This document shows, in pieces, positions 1 to 9,873 of a stretch of DNA of 54,757 nucleotides. The translations under genes and the position numbers were made by a program. The stretch is from a virus (Duplodnaviria; Caudoviricetes): positions 1-54,757 of IMG/VR virus record IMGVR_UViG_3300015190_000002; one strand, written 5' to 3'. The number at the start of each line of letters is the position of its first letter. The first letter of the stretch is position 1. The notes beneath the pieces are model-generated. The model saw nothing but the letters and a program-made list of their open reading frames with translations. It was not told where the DNA came from and did no database searches.

Positions 1-1763
1 AAGCGGCCGCTTGTGTCCCGCCAGACCGTTACCGACTGAAGCCGAACGCGGGCCGCCGTGTCCCTGAACGCATTGGCAGATCGCAGCTTGAACCGCGAAG
101 CGGTGTCCTTGTACGTGGGCGCCGTGCCGACGTTGAGACGAATTGCCGTGTCGCGCCACCCTTGAGCCCGAAGGACGACCCTGGTAGCCGTGTCACGCCA
201 GACGACGACACTCTTGAGCCTGAAGCGGGCGCTCGTGTCGCGTACTGAGGTAGCGAGTAGTTTGACTCGGCTCGCCGTGTCTCGATACTGGGTCGCCGAT
301 TGCAGCCTGAACCGGGAGCTGGTGTCCCTGTACGCCGTCGCTAGGAGGCGAACCCGCGTAGCCGTGTCGCGGTACTGAGTTACCGACTGAAGGCGAACCC
401 TGATCGTCGTGTCCCGGAAAGCCGAGGCGAGCAGACGAACCCGCGTACTGGTATCCCGCCAGAGGACAACGGACTGCAAACGGAAGCGGATCGCTTGGTC
501 GCGCCAAGCGCCAGCCGACTTGAGCCGAACCCGCGTAGTGGTGTCACGCCAGTTCGTCGCGGCAAGACGAACGCGAGTAGCCTGGTCCCGCCAGACGGCC
601 GCCGACTGAAGACGGAAGCGCGATGACGTATCTCGCCAGTTGGTCGCCTGGAGCTTGACTCGGGTCGACGTATCCCGCCAGATCGTGACGCTCTGAAGCG
701 CGAACCTCGAAACGGTGTCGCGGTAGACGGCGGCTGACTTGAGCCGCAGCCGAATCGAGGTATCGCGCCAGACGGAGATGCTGAGAGAAACGCGTGTAGC
801 GGTGTCGCGGAAGGTGTTTGCCGACCGCAACCTGACCCGCGCAGACGTGTCCCGGTAGGCTGTCGCCTGGAGCCGAACACGGCTCGCGGTATCGCGCCAT
901 AGGGTGACGGATTGCAGCCTTACCCTGATCGACGTGTCACGATAGGTTGTGGCTTGAAGTCGGACGCGAGCTGCGGTGTCCCTCCAGAGGGTGGCCGATT
1001 GCAGCCTGAGTCGCGTCGAGGTATCGCGGAAATTTGTTGCAGCGAGACGAATCCGCGTCGAGGTGTCGCGGAAGGTTGTTGCAGCCAGACGAACCCGCGT
1101 CGAGGTGTCGCGGTACACGACCACCGACTGCAATCGGACCCTGACGACGGTATCTCGGAAACCAGTCGCCAGCAGACGCACGCGCGTGGCGGTGTCGCGC
1201 CACTGGGTCGTAGAGCCGAGCTGAACCCTCACCGCGGTGTCTCGCCAGCTCGCCGCGTTGAGCTTGACCCGCGTTGCGGTATCGCGCCACTGTGTTACCG
1301 ACTGAAGCCTGACGCGAGACGAAGCGTCCCTGAAGACGTTGGCACTGCGGAGCCGAACGCGGCTGGCCGTGTCTCGCCATTGCGCGGAAGTCAACTTGAG
1401 GCGCGAACTCGTATCCCGCCAGGTCGTCGTTGAGGCAAGACGGACTCTGACAGCGGTGTCTCGCCAGTTGGTTGCGGCTAATTTGGCTCGAGTGGCGGTG
1501 TCTCGAATCGTTGCGACTGACTGAAGACGCAACCGCGAAGACGTGTCCCTGAATACGTTCGCGCTCTTCAGACGGAGCCGGACAGCGGTATCACGCCAGA
1601 TGGCGGCGCTCTGTAGCTTTACCCGGCTACTGGTGTCTCGCCAGGTGCTAGCCGATGCGAGCCTGACCCGAGCCGCCGTATCCCGTATTTGTGTAACCGG
1701 GATCGCAGTGAAGGTGTAGGCTCCGCTGAGCCAATCAATCCAGCCTTTACGCGGACCTGGCAT
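1..1763 (-). CDS. N-terminal 587 aa of a long Arg-rich 14-15-aa tandem-repeat protein (putative virion fibre); runs off the window start
   Basis: Hand translation from ATG at 1763 (TGATG overlap with upstream stop): MPGPRKGWIDWLSGAYTFTAIPVTQ then ~39 repeats of [WFY]RDT[AS][TS]R[VFL]RLxS/Axx with no stop before position 1; absent from the ORF track because it has no stop in the window. Confidence 0.85.
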   Translation of the reverse strand, partial: MPGPRKGWIDWLSGAYTFTAIPVTQIRDTAARVRLASASTWRDTSSRVKLQSAAIWRDTAVRLRLKSANVFRDTSSRLRLQSVATIRDTATRAKLAATNWRDTAVRVRLASTTTWRDTSSRLKLTSAQWRDTASRVRLRSANVFRDASSRVRLQSVTQWRDTATRVKLNAASWRDTAVRVQLGSTTQWRDTATRVRLLATGFRDTVVRVRLQSVVVYRDTSTRVRLAATTFRDTSTRIRLAATNFRDTSTRLRLQSATLWRDTAARVRLQATTYRDTSIRVRLQSVTLWRDTASRVRLQATAYRDTSARVRLRSANTFRDTATRVSLSISVWRDTSIRLRLKSAAVYRDTVSRFALQSVTIWRDTSTRVKLQATNWRDTSSRFRLQSAAVWRDQATRVRLAATNWRDTTTRVRLKSAGAWRDQAIRFRLQSVVLWRDTSTRVRLLASAFRDTTIRVRLQSVTQYRDTATRVRLLATAYRDTSSRFRLQSATQYRDTASRVKLLATSVRDTSARFRLKSVVVWRDTATRVVLRAQGWRDTAIRLNVGTAPTYKDTASRFKLRSANAFRDTAARVRLQSVTVWRDTSGR

Positions 1764-2449
1764 CAGGGGAAACTCACGCCCGGCGGCAGACTCGTCGTCA
1801 CACCTGGATCACTCGCGGCGGTGATCGCTTGAGCCAGTCCCACGCCTCCGGGTAGCCCGGCGAGGCTCGGTTCGGGATACTGTCCGAGCAGTTCGTAGTG
1901 GAAGATACGGTTACGGTTCGTGCGGCCTGTATATAGGATGCGTCTGGCTTCGCGTGCGGTAATTGCTTCGGTGAGTGCGACCAGCCTGAACATCGAGCCA
2001 AGGAGTGCTGCGTCTATCGCGTCGCCAGCAGTGATAGCGGCAGCGGTGAAATTGCCGATGGCGTTGCCGTTGGTGGTTACAGCAGATGTGCTGCACGAGA
2101 CGGCGCTCGTGCCCACTGACACGTCGTCCACCCACAACTGGAAGCTCGCGACACCGATCCGCGTCCAGAGCACGCGATGCCAGACATTATCATCGAACGA
2201 CGCGACCGAGTTGATGTCTGCGAAGTTTGTGGGAGTGCGAAAGAAGCCCTCCATCTGGTGCGAATTGTTGAAACCCAGGCTGACCTGGTCGTTGAACGAC
2301 GCGCCATCTTCGGTGTAGACGTTTCGGCCTATCGTGCCCGAGGGCGCTTTGACCCAGCACATGAGCGACCACGTCAGGCGATTTCTGAGGATCGTGGTTG
2401 TCTTGGCGGGTACGTCCAGTCGCTGACTGGCAGCAAAGTAGCGCGGCAT
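1763..2449 (-). CDS. LamG/concanavalin A-like lectin-fold protein (putative virion-associated)
   Basis: LTWSLMCWVK...DDNVWHRVLWTR...FQLWVDDV...IGN pattern typical of LamG_3 domains; tightly coupled to neighbours. Confidence 0.65.
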   Translation of the reverse strand: MPRYFAASQRLDVPAKTTTILRNRLTWSLMCWVKAPSGTIGRNVYTEDGASFNDQVSLGFNNSHQMEGFFRTPTNFADINSVASFDDNVWHRVLWTRIGVASFQLWVDDVSVGTSAVSCSTSAVTTNGNAIGNFTAAAITAGDAIDAALLGSMFRLVALTEAITAREARRILYTGRTNRNRIFHYELLGQYPEPSLAGLPGGVGLAQAITAASDPGVTTSLPPGVSFP

Positions 2450-2450
2450 C

Positions 2451-3881
2451 TCAGCCGGCCCGCCGCATCTTCACGAAGCAGGAGTTGCCGGCAGCGTTCG
2501 TCGCCTGGCCGGTGCGATTGACCAGCATCACGCACCACGTCTCGGGCAGGATGGCGAGTTTGCCGGCCGTGTCGAAAGTAACGGTCGCGGTCGTGTTGGT
2601 CGCGGTCGGCGCCGGAACGACGCCCAGGAATACGCCACCTGTCGTCGGAAACGTTGGCCCGCCACTCACGCCGCCGTTGACCGCACTTTGCACCCACACT
2701 TCCCAGTGCCGATTAGCCAGGGGCGCAACGCCGCCGGTCTGGACGGTGACCTTGATCGACGCCGCGTGCCCGTTGTAGCGGTCGGTCGTGATCTGTCCAG
2801 ACAGCCCGGAGGCGTTGTTGGCGAGGCTGTTCCATGCCGACACGCCGACCGTCCCGTTCGGCCAGAGCATGCCGCCGGTGAGTGGGTTCTGGACCGCGAC
2901 CGCCGGGGTGGTCAGCGTCGCTTCGCGGCGGTCGCGTTGGTACGGCGTCAGCGCGTTTTCCTGACCGTACCAGACACGAACGGTCGTCCCGTCCACGTAG
3001 ACTGAGATCGAGTCCAAGGGAGTGTCGGTACCGACTGCGAGCACCTGGGTGGGTGTTGCCCAGGCGATGCCGTCCGTCGAGGACGAGTAGTACAGGCCAT
3101 TCGCCGCTGAGGCGAGCCACATATGGAATGCGCCGTTGATGAGTGCGACGTGGAACCCGGTCAGTGTCTGACCGGAGATGAAGTTGGTGGCACACACCGG
3201 ATTGCTGGCGTATGCGGTCCAGGCGATGCCGTCCGAGCTCGTCCAGTAACCGTATGCAACGGCACCGTTGCTGACCAGCCGGCCGCGATTCCATGCCCGG
3301 TAGTCGGTCGCGCTCATGCGGATGACCGAAATGTCAGAGCAGCCGCCTTCGTTCCACGACCCGACGCCGCCGTTGGTGATGATCGGATTGCTGACTGACT
3401 TTGTCCACGTGATTCCGTCAGGACTGGTCGAGTAGCAATTCTGATTCGGGCCGGAGTTGTTGCCACCGTGCCCCCAGTGCTTCCAGATGGCCGCGTCGGG
3501 GTCCCAGAGCACCGTGCCGACGCTGTACTCGTTGTGCTCCCACAATGGCGCGGTGAGCGCTGGTGACGGTTGAATGACGGGGTTGCCGGTGTACTTGACC
3601 CAGTCTGTGCCGTTGGTCGACGTGGCGTAATTGACTGTTGTGTGCGTGTTTCCCGAGCTATCCGGGTTGGTGTCGTCTACGCCCTCGTACCAGCAGCGGT
3701 AGTCGCTTGGGCCAGCCTTGACGACGCAGTTCGGGCCGGCTTTGGTCCAGTCATACTGCGAGTTGGCGTTGCTCGGAGTCTGGCCGGCGTGGTCGCTGTT
3801 GCGCTGACCATTGGACAGCATTGGGTTCGATGCGTTGCGGGTCAGCGTGCCGCTCAGCAGAACGCCGCTATCGACCGGCAC
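2451..3881 (-). CDS. Five-bladed beta-propeller glycoside-hydrolase-like protein with a C-terminal beta-sandwich domain
   Basis: Repeated Y-x-T-S-x-D/N-G-x-x-W-x-K-x-x-x-NP blades (GH32/43/130-like); last ~135 aa align by eye with 3885..4304. Confidence 0.65.
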   Translation of the reverse strand: MPVDSGVLLSGTLTRNASNPMLSNGQRNSDHAGQTPSNANSQYDWTKAGPNCVVKAGPSDYRCWYEGVDDTNPDSSGNTHTTVNYATSTNGTDWVKYTGNPVIQPSPALTAPLWEHNEYSVGTVLWDPDAAIWKHWGHGGNNSGPNQNCYSTSPDGITWTKSVSNPIITNGGVGSWNEGGCSDISVIRMSATDYRAWNRGRLVSNGAVAYGYWTSSDGIAWTAYASNPVCATNFISGQTLTGFHVALINGAFHMWLASAANGLYYSSSTDGIAWATPTQVLAVGTDTPLDSISVYVDGTTVRVWYGQENALTPYQRDRREATLTTPAVAVQNPLTGGMLWPNGTVGVSAWNSLANNASGLSGQITTDRYNGHAASIKVTVQTGGVAPLANRHWEVWVQSAVNGGVSGGPTFPTTGGVFLGVVPAPTATNTTATVTFDTAGKLAILPETWCVMLVNRTGQATNAAGNSCFVKMRRAG

Positions 3882-3884
3882 GAG

Positions 3885-4304
3885 CTACGCCGCTTTCTTG
3901 CCGCGATACGCCAAAGCGTTGCCCGAAGCGAACAGGGTCTGCGCGCCGCGATTCACGATGGTGATGCGCCAGGTCGCCGGCAAGACCGCCAGCGCGGAGT
4001 CAGTCTCGACAGCCATCGAGAACACCGTGCTGCCCGCGGTCGGCTGAGCCAACGTTCCCAGCATCACGCCCTGGTCCGTACCGAACGTCGTACCGCCGTC
4101 GACTGAGCCCTCCAGCCAGACTTCCACGTAGTCGCCCGCGGTCGGCGTGGTGGCGCTCGTCTTGAGCGTCACCAGCAGACTTGCAGCGTGATACAGGTTG
4201 GTGGTGTTGTCGACGTTGGACGAAGCGCCGCGAGCCGCTGCCGCGAGGCTGTTCCAGTTGGTGATCGTGACCGCCTGATTCGCGGTGCCGTAGCTGACTG
4301 GCAT
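3885..4304 (-). CDS. Small beta-rich putative virion (spike/fibre) protein, paralog of the C-terminus of 2451..3881
   Basis: Shared motifs WNSLA, HAAS, EVW, LA[VI]LPxTW, VNR, GN. Confidence 0.6.
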   Translation of the reverse strand: MPVSYGTANQAVTITNWNSLAAAARGASSNVDNTTNLYHAASLLVTLKTSATTPTAGDYVEVWLEGSVDGGTTFGTDQGVMLGTLAQPTAGSTVFSMAVETDSALAVLPATWRITIVNRGAQTLFASGNALAYRGKKAA

Positions 4305-4327
4305 GTTCTAGCGTCCCTCTCCGCGTT

Positions 4328-6535
4328 TCACTGGTCGGTGCAGAACGACGACGGCCTGCTAAACGCCTTCGTTTGACCGTTGACAACGGCTAGCACCTGG
4401 CACGTTGCAACGGTCGTGGTTGGGGTTGGCGTACGGGTTGGTCGCCTGGTCGGCGTGACCTCGCGCGTAGGCTGCGGAGTCGTGGTTACCGTAAGAGTCG
4501 CGGTCGGCGTGTTAGTCCCACCACCACTACCGATCACGCCACCACCGGCGGTGGGCGTGACAGTCGGCGTACGGGTCGCCTGCACGGTCCCTTGCACCGT
4601 TACCGCGGCCGTTCCTGTCGCGGTGGACGTTGCAGCCAAGACCGTAGCCGTCTGTGTCGGCGTGACGGTCGGTATGGACGTCATGGTGGCCGTCGCAGTC
4701 GCTGGCGGGGTATCGGTCGGCTGAGGCGTCGAGGTCGGCGTGGCGGTGAAGGTTGCCGTGGCAGTCGGTGTGAGAGTCGCAGTCGACGTCGGTGTGGCAG
4801 TCGGCACGGTCGTCTGCGTCGGCGTGGGGCTCGGCGTGGTCGTAGGAGGTGCGGAGCCGGCGAGCTGTGGTTGCTGGATAGCCGGCAACTGCGCGATCGC
4901 CGCCGCCTGCGAGAAGTCCGACAGAACCTCGAAACCCATGTTGTCCCAGTGCCGCTCGTCGCTGTACTGCAACCCGTAGCCCGGCGGGTACGCAGTGTTG
5001 CAGTTCGTATCGCCGGCGGCCGTCCCGTTGACCGGATCGTTGAACCAGTACGAGTTCAGCGGGTAGCACAGTCCCTGGCCGCTGAACTGGAAGTTCTTGA
5101 GGTCGCTCACGTCGGCCGTCGAGTGGTACAAGTAGTGGGTGTAGTACGCCTTCAGCGGACCGCTGAACCACGGCATCGCGCCGGCCGGGATAGCGGTCTG
5201 GTAGACCAGCTTGTCGTCCTCGTACAGCATAAGCTGCGTCTGTGAGACGAACAGGTCCAGCTTCGAGCGATCGTCGAGTGCGCGGCCGCTCTCCATCAGA
5301 TCGTTCGGCAGGTAAAGTTCCGGCGAGCCGATAAACGCCGAGTACGTCGCGGTCGGCACCCCCGACCCGCCGTTATAAATGTCGAGCGAGCCTTCGTGGA
5401 CCTTGACCTCGACGAACAGGCCACGGTTTGAGGCGTTGATCTGGTGATTCTTATGCTCCCACGACTGGAGCGGGTCGTCGGCCGGGCTCAAGTCGAAGGC
5501 GAGCCAGCGCCGGAAGCTCTGGTGCGCGTCAACCTCCATCGTCAGGTGCAGCACGCCGCCGTCCGTCATATCGGCTGTCGCCTTCGGGCTCATAGCCATC
5601 GACCCGTAGATCGTATCGGCCGGACCTGAACAACCAGGCGTCATCCCGGCGAAGAGCATGTCCATAAAGTGCCCGTTGGAGATAAACGGCATCGAGTTCG
5701 TGACGTCGGCCTCGCGGTAGTCGAGCCGCCATTCCTTCGCCGTGCCGGCGCCCAGCGTGTAGAAGCCGTTGCCGCCGAGCCCGCCGTACTGATCGTTCCC
5801 ACACAGACTCCCCGAGAACTTACTGAACCCGCTCGCTTCTGTGTTCTCGAACGTATCGAGGAATTGCTGCGTGCCGGACCCGATCGGCTTGACGTTGGGC
5901 TGCGCCTGGACGACAACCTGCTGCGACCTGGCGATGACGCTCGGCCGGTTCGTGTACGGACCCTGGCCGTTGGCCGAGATATCGCCGTCGCCCGTACGCC
6001 CTCGGTTCGAACCGAGCATGCCGTTTGGCGCGAGAGGAGACTTGACCGTCTCGGCGCCGGTGTAGAGGTTCTGCTGCGGCACCGGACCGAGCATATCCAG
6101 CCCTTCGACGACCAGCGTGTGCGGGTTCGAGTCGTTCAGGCCGTTCCACTCGATATCGGTCGCCGCGACGTCCTGCACCGTGTTTGGCCCGCTCTGGACG
6201 GTGCTATCGTCGACGACCTGATACGGGAATCGGACGCTACCGTCCGGGTTTGAGGCGAAGTGATGCAAACAAAAAGAGCCCGGGCAGTTGTCGCCTGGCA
6301 CGTAGTGAGCCTGACCCGCGTACTTCACGTCTGACGGGTTCGCCATGTCGTAGACGCGGTAGTCCTTTGCACCTGGCACCGGGTTGTAGAACAGACGAAC
6401 AGACGAGCCGTTTGGTTGTACGCCGCTGATCGTGACGACCGCTAGTCCGTTGGCGACGTCGAGGTTGCCTGGTAGTGCCAGCACTGCCAGCACGATAACC
6501 GTCGCCAGCAGCGCGACAGACGCCGAGCGGGACAC
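4328..6535 (-). CDS. Secreted/surface protein, 735 aa, with a long Thr/Pro-rich linker
   Basis: Hydrophobic N-terminal signal sequence, ~550-aa beta-rich domain with Cys pairs, ~150-aa TPT/TAT linker, small Cys-bounded C-terminal domain. Confidence 0.75.
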   Translation of the reverse strand: MSRSASVALLATVIVLAVLALPGNLDVANGLAVVTISGVQPNGSSVRLFYNPVPGAKDYRVYDMANPSDVKYAGQAHYVPGDNCPGSFCLHHFASNPDGSVRFPYQVVDDSTVQSGPNTVQDVAATDIEWNGLNDSNPHTLVVEGLDMLGPVPQQNLYTGAETVKSPLAPNGMLGSNRGRTGDGDISANGQGPYTNRPSVIARSQQVVVQAQPNVKPIGSGTQQFLDTFENTEASGFSKFSGSLCGNDQYGGLGGNGFYTLGAGTAKEWRLDYREADVTNSMPFISNGHFMDMLFAGMTPGCSGPADTIYGSMAMSPKATADMTDGGVLHLTMEVDAHQSFRRWLAFDLSPADDPLQSWEHKNHQINASNRGLFVEVKVHEGSLDIYNGGSGVPTATYSAFIGSPELYLPNDLMESGRALDDRSKLDLFVSQTQLMLYEDDKLVYQTAIPAGAMPWFSGPLKAYYTHYLYHSTADVSDLKNFQFSGQGLCYPLNSYWFNDPVNGTAAGDTNCNTAYPPGYGLQYSDERHWDNMGFEVLSDFSQAAAIAQLPAIQQPQLAGSAPPTTTPSPTPTQTTVPTATPTSTATLTPTATATFTATPTSTPQPTDTPPATATATMTSIPTVTPTQTATVLAATSTATGTAAVTVQGTVQATRTPTVTPTAGGGVIGSGGGTNTPTATLTVTTTPQPTREVTPTRRPTRTPTPTTTVATCQVLAVVNGQTKAFSRPSSFCTDQ

Positions 6536-7309
6536 CTAACGGCCCTCTCCGTCTCCAATCCCGAGAACGTCCGCATTCAGCTTGCCCACGTTCTGATACT
6601 TGAGGTGGTAGACGTTATCCTCGATCGGACCGGCAAGTCGACCTCTGCCAGCCGCATCCCAAGCTTTGCACTGTCGATGCCAGTCGGCCATCGCAGGGCT
6701 GGCGTTGTATGCATTCCAGGCGTATTGCTGCTGCCTGAATCGCTCGTCGGCTTCCTTGACCGCCCAGAGCGGCTGTTCGCGGTTGAAGTAGTCTGGTTTC
6801 TTCGGCAGAGGCGGGCAACCTGGCGGTGGGGGTGGCTCAGGCAACGGTTCCCAGGCGTAGAGCTGGCACTGACCGTCGTAGCCCGTGACGATGCCGATCA
6901 CGTGTGCCAGAACGTCCTGCCCCTCGAGGCTTGTCGTGACAGCGCCGACCCGCACGTAGCGCACCGACGACTTGAACTGGAACAGTCGGCCAGTCTGGTC
7001 ACCGTCGCCGCCGAGCTCGGCCATCCTGCCGTTCGGCGCGTACAGTCGCAACGCCTGCACTCGCTTGAGTTTGCCAAGCATTGCGAGACGCGGCCAGTCG
7101 GCGTGTCCGTTGGGACTGCCGAGGTCCGCGTCCCACTCGTGAACGATCGTGCCGTCCACATAGCGTAGCGCCCACCAAGAACGGCCGGTACGCCGCGCGT
7201 GCTCGCCGCCAGCGGCGGCCTCCGTGTCGAGGCTGAGCCGCTGCGGTGGACTAAGCCGACTGAGTAGGTTCAGGGGAAGCCTCGAGGACGTTGCGGCCAG
7301 CCGGCACAT
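6536..7309 (-). CDS. Hypothetical protein (start uncertain; possibly CTG at 7273)
   Basis: Long ORF abutting the next gene; GAGG lies ~6 nt upstream of an in-frame CTG at 7273. Confidence 0.6.
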   Translation of the reverse strand: MCRLAATSSRLPLNLLSRLSPPQRLSLDTEAAAGGEHARRTGRSWWALRYVDGTIVHEWDADLGSPNGHADWPRLAMLGKLKRVQALRLYAPNGRMAELGGDGDQTGRLFQFKSSVRYVRVGAVTTSLEGQDVLAHVIGIVTGYDGQCQLYAWEPLPEPPPPPGCPPLPKKPDYFNREQPLWAVKEADERFRQQQYAWNAYNASPAMADWHRQCKAWDAAGRGRLAGPIEDNVYHLKYQNVGKLNADVLGIGDGEGR

Positions 7310-7565
7310 CCGCGCGCATATACGACCGATCTTCTGATGCGGCAGGCACTGTCGAGGCTTCCCACCCGGCGATCGTTGCCGCCGCCTCAGCCAGCCCGCG
7401 GTTCGACGCGCAGCCGGCGCAGTAGTGATGCCCTACGGCGCTACCGATGTTTGGATCGTTGACGGTAAACGGCTGGATGTGCAGTGCCTGGTTGGGACCG
7501 GCATCCGTTCGTCCGCAACCGTCGCACGCTACGGTTTCGCCAGAAGTTTCCTTGAGAACGGTCAT
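7251..7565 (-). CDS. Small Zn-binding hypothetical protein
   Basis: CDGC and HYCAGC motifs; AGGAG RBS. Confidence 0.6.
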   Translation of the reverse strand: MTVLKETSGETVACDGCGRTDAGPNQALHIQPFTVNDPNIGSAVGHHYCAGCASNRGLAEAAATIAGWEASTVPAASEDRSYMRADVPAGRNVLEASPEPTQSA

Positions 7566-7577
7566 GGTTATCTCCTG

Positions 7578-8327
7578 TCAGCCGTACGTGTACTTGCAGC
7601 TTATGACGATAGCTGAGTACGTGCCCGTCGCCATGTTCGGTCCGCAGAACAACATCAAGGCTACCGGCCACGAATCTGCCGTGACCGCCGCAGGTGTTGA
7701 CGGGAACGTGATGTAGTCGTTGTCGCCTTGCAGACCCTGGTAGTTGGTCAGCCAGTTGGCGCCAGCGGTGGGAGCCAGCGAGCCGGTGGTGCCGTCTGTC
7801 ACGACCGGCGCGTTCGTCGGCGCAGCAGCAGGCGCACCAGCCGAGGTCACACGACCGAAACCGTTGCCCTTGAAGTACGAGCGCTGCGTCCCGCCGGTAT
7901 CGGTCGTGTTGCCGCCGAGCGGTGAGTTGTCGCCTCGAGTAACCGCGCCGTGCGCGTTCGTGGGGTACATCGTGAAGATCGGCGCCGAGGCGAACGTACC
8001 GACGTTGTCCCAGTTCCAGCGCTTGTCGTTGTAGTTGGTGTTGGCCCAGGCAGTCGGGGTCGTGCTGCTCGTGCTGACATAGCCAAGGCTGGTCGTATCT
8101 GCCGTAAAAGCATATTGATATTGGAACGTGGCCGCACTCGTGGCTCCAGGGCGCGTGGTGTACAGCCAGGAGACAGACGCAGTCGAGCCTGCCGTCGAAA
8201 CGTCAGAGAACCGGAGCTCATTCGCGCCAGCCGAGCCGCCGTTGTTCAGGGTCGTCCAGACTGGCGTAGCGTTTGTGCCCGTGTTGAGCTGAAGGACCAG
8301 CCCGGTCGTAGCGGCGAAATCAGCCAA
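7578..8327 (-). CDS. Putative virion structural protein, first gene of the fibre block
   Basis: Thr/Gly/Ala/Asn-rich beta-type composition; TTG start with AGGAG RBS after a ~110-bp intergenic gap. Confidence 0.55.
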   Translation of the reverse strand: MADFAATTGLVLQLNTGTNATPVWTTLNNGGSAGANELRFSDVSTAGSTASVSWLYTTRPGATSAATFQYQYAFTADTTSLGYVSTSSTTPTAWANTNYNDKRWNWDNVGTFASAPIFTMYPTNAHGAVTRGDNSPLGGNTTDTGGTQRSYFKGNGFGRVTSAGAPAAAPTNAPVVTDGTTGSLAPTAGANWLTNYQGLQGDNDYITFPSTPAAVTADSWPVALMLFCGPNMATGTYSAIVISCKYTYG

Positions 8328-8436
8328 GGCAGGTTACTCCTGGGGTCCGGCGCCGTTTTAGGCGTGAACTTTAGTCACTAAACGTCGAGCAAAATCGCCC
8401 TGCCGTGAAGGATAACGCAAACGACGCCAGGCTACG

Positions 8437-8781
8437 CTACCCGTGTTCGTCGTGAAGGGTTGCCCCGCTGATAGGTGCCCGAATGGCTCTCTTCCTACCT
8501 AACTTCGGTCGGGCAGGGTCTTTTACTGTCCCGGAATTTAACGTCCGCACGGCGCGTGCAACGGCATGCGTGCCGTAGATACCCGACTCCGCAGCAGTTG
8601 GCGCGTACGTATTGAGCATGTCTCGGAGTGCCGCCCTCAGCCGCTCGATTTCGACTCCCAGCTGCATTTTATCGCCCACCAAGTCAAGCCCAACCGCTTG
8701 CAGCCGCTCAATTTCCGCGTCCTTTTCATCCATTGTGAAGAACTCCTTTCTATCCCAGCCGTTCTCTAGCAGCCACGGCAT
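8437..8781 (-). CDS. Hypothetical phage protein (coiled-coil)
   Basis: Repeated EIERL motif typical of small phage early proteins. Confidence 0.45.
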   Translation of the reverse strand: MPWLLENGWDRKEFFTMDEKDAEIERLQAVGLDLVGDKMQLGVEIERLRAALRDMLNTYAPTAAESGIYGTHAVARAVRTLNSGTVKDPARPKLGRKRAIRAPISGATLHDEHG

Positions 8782-8962
8782 CGCTCAATTGGCGCAAACA
8801 GCCCAGATCGCCGTGGTGGTGGCTAAGCGGGGCCATCGGTTGCTATGCAGGCCACCACGCGCTCCGCGGCCTTGAGCACGGCGTCCTGCGCGTCTACGCG
8901 AGTCAGGAGAGCATCTATGATTTCGCGCTTCGTGTCGTCGGTCATGGGCGATCTACGTAACT

Positions 8963-9274
8963 TTATCGCTTGTCAAGCGGCAGGCCGCGCCACCAATCGA
9001 CACCTACCTGTGGGATTGACGTGTAGCCCCAGAAGGTTTCACCATCGTCGGTCGGGACCGCTGGCACCATCCACCCCACAGAGTCCACGCGGAACCCCAC
9101 TTGCGGATCAAGGTAGCGCCCTTCGCTGTCGATAGCGGCTACGTCCGCGTGCTGATCTGCCGCTGTATGCGCGGCACACAGCAAGCTTTGATGGTTCAGG
9201 AAGGTCTGATACCGTCGCCACAGCTTCACTTCGCTGGCCCCGCATTCACCGCAGACGTAGGGAATCCTGGTCAT
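8963..9274 (-). CDS. Hypothetical phage protein (CxxC)
   Basis: MTRIPYVCGECG...; start refined within ORF 8963..9385. Confidence 0.55.
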   Translation of the reverse strand: MTRIPYVCGECGASEVKLWRRYQTFLNHQSLLCAAHTAADQHADVAAIDSEGRYLDPQVGFRVDSVGWMVPAVPTDDGETFWGYTSIPQVGVDWWRGLPLDKR

Positions 9275-9418
9275 GCTATTCAGGCTTAGGGATGGACGGG
9301 ACCGGCTGACGCAGCCACTCCAGGTCGGCCTTGAGATCGAGCACGGCCGAGACAAAGGCGTCCATGATCCAGGCCAGCAGCACACCCGCGACGGCGCCGA
9401 CGATGAAGTCAGGACGCT

Positions 9419-9628
9419 TCATGTTTGTCTGTCAAAGCGGCCGTGCAGGACGCAGTTGTTGGCGATGACAAATATGCCGCGTACACCCAAATAGCCATAC
9501 CCATGACTGTTGTCCAGCACGGGACACGCGCATCCCTGTTTGAGCGCTCGTTCGCCGCCGGGTGCGTCCTTGCGATCGTCGTCGCTTGTCGGTCGGTCAA
9601 GGGGCATGGTTGATCTACGTGGCCTCAT
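9419..9628 (-). CDS. Small Cys-containing phage protein
   Basis: GCACPVLDNxHGxG...CxLHG pattern; overlaps stop of upstream gene. Confidence 0.5.
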   Translation of the reverse strand: MRPRRSTMPLDRPTSDDDRKDAPGGERALKQGCACPVLDNSHGYGYLGVRGIFVIANNCVLHGRFDRQT

Positions 9629-9873
9629 GTTTGCCCAAAGGGGCGGAAGCGCTCGAGGGCCGAATTGACCTCGTCGTCGTCGAACTGGCGGGTGACATTG
9701 GGATGAGCGTTGTGGATCAGGCCGTCAAGTGCAAGATGCAGCCATGGCGGGATCGGCCGATCGGCTCGTTCCCATCTGCTGACACTCAGCCCGCTGACAC
9801 CAAGCAGGACGGCCAGCCTGAGTTGAGACAAGCCGCGCCGTGTTCGCCAGGCTTTCAACTCGGCGGGTGTCAT
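9625..9873 (-). CDS. XRE-family HTH protein
   Basis: MTPAELKAWRTRRGLSQLRLAVLLGVSGLSVSRWERADRPIP; ATGA overlap with upstream gene. Confidence 0.8.
   Translation of the reverse strand: MTPAELKAWRTRRGLSQLRLAVLLGVSGLSVSRWERADRPIPPWLHLALDGLIHNAHPNVTRQFDDDEVNSALERFRPFGQT

Noticed and set aside
29-1524. Many short ORFs on both strands with VSR/RTR repeats
   Set aside because: Shadow frames of the long minus-strand repeat gene 1..1763.
1-1700. 42-45-nt periodicity resembling a CRISPR array
   Set aside because: Conservation is at amino-acid level with synonymous variation; no identical repeats, spacers or cas genes.
8370-8382. TTTAGT-C-ACTAAA palindrome upstream of the structural block
   Set aside because: Could be a late-promoter operator but is short and single-copy; insufficient support.
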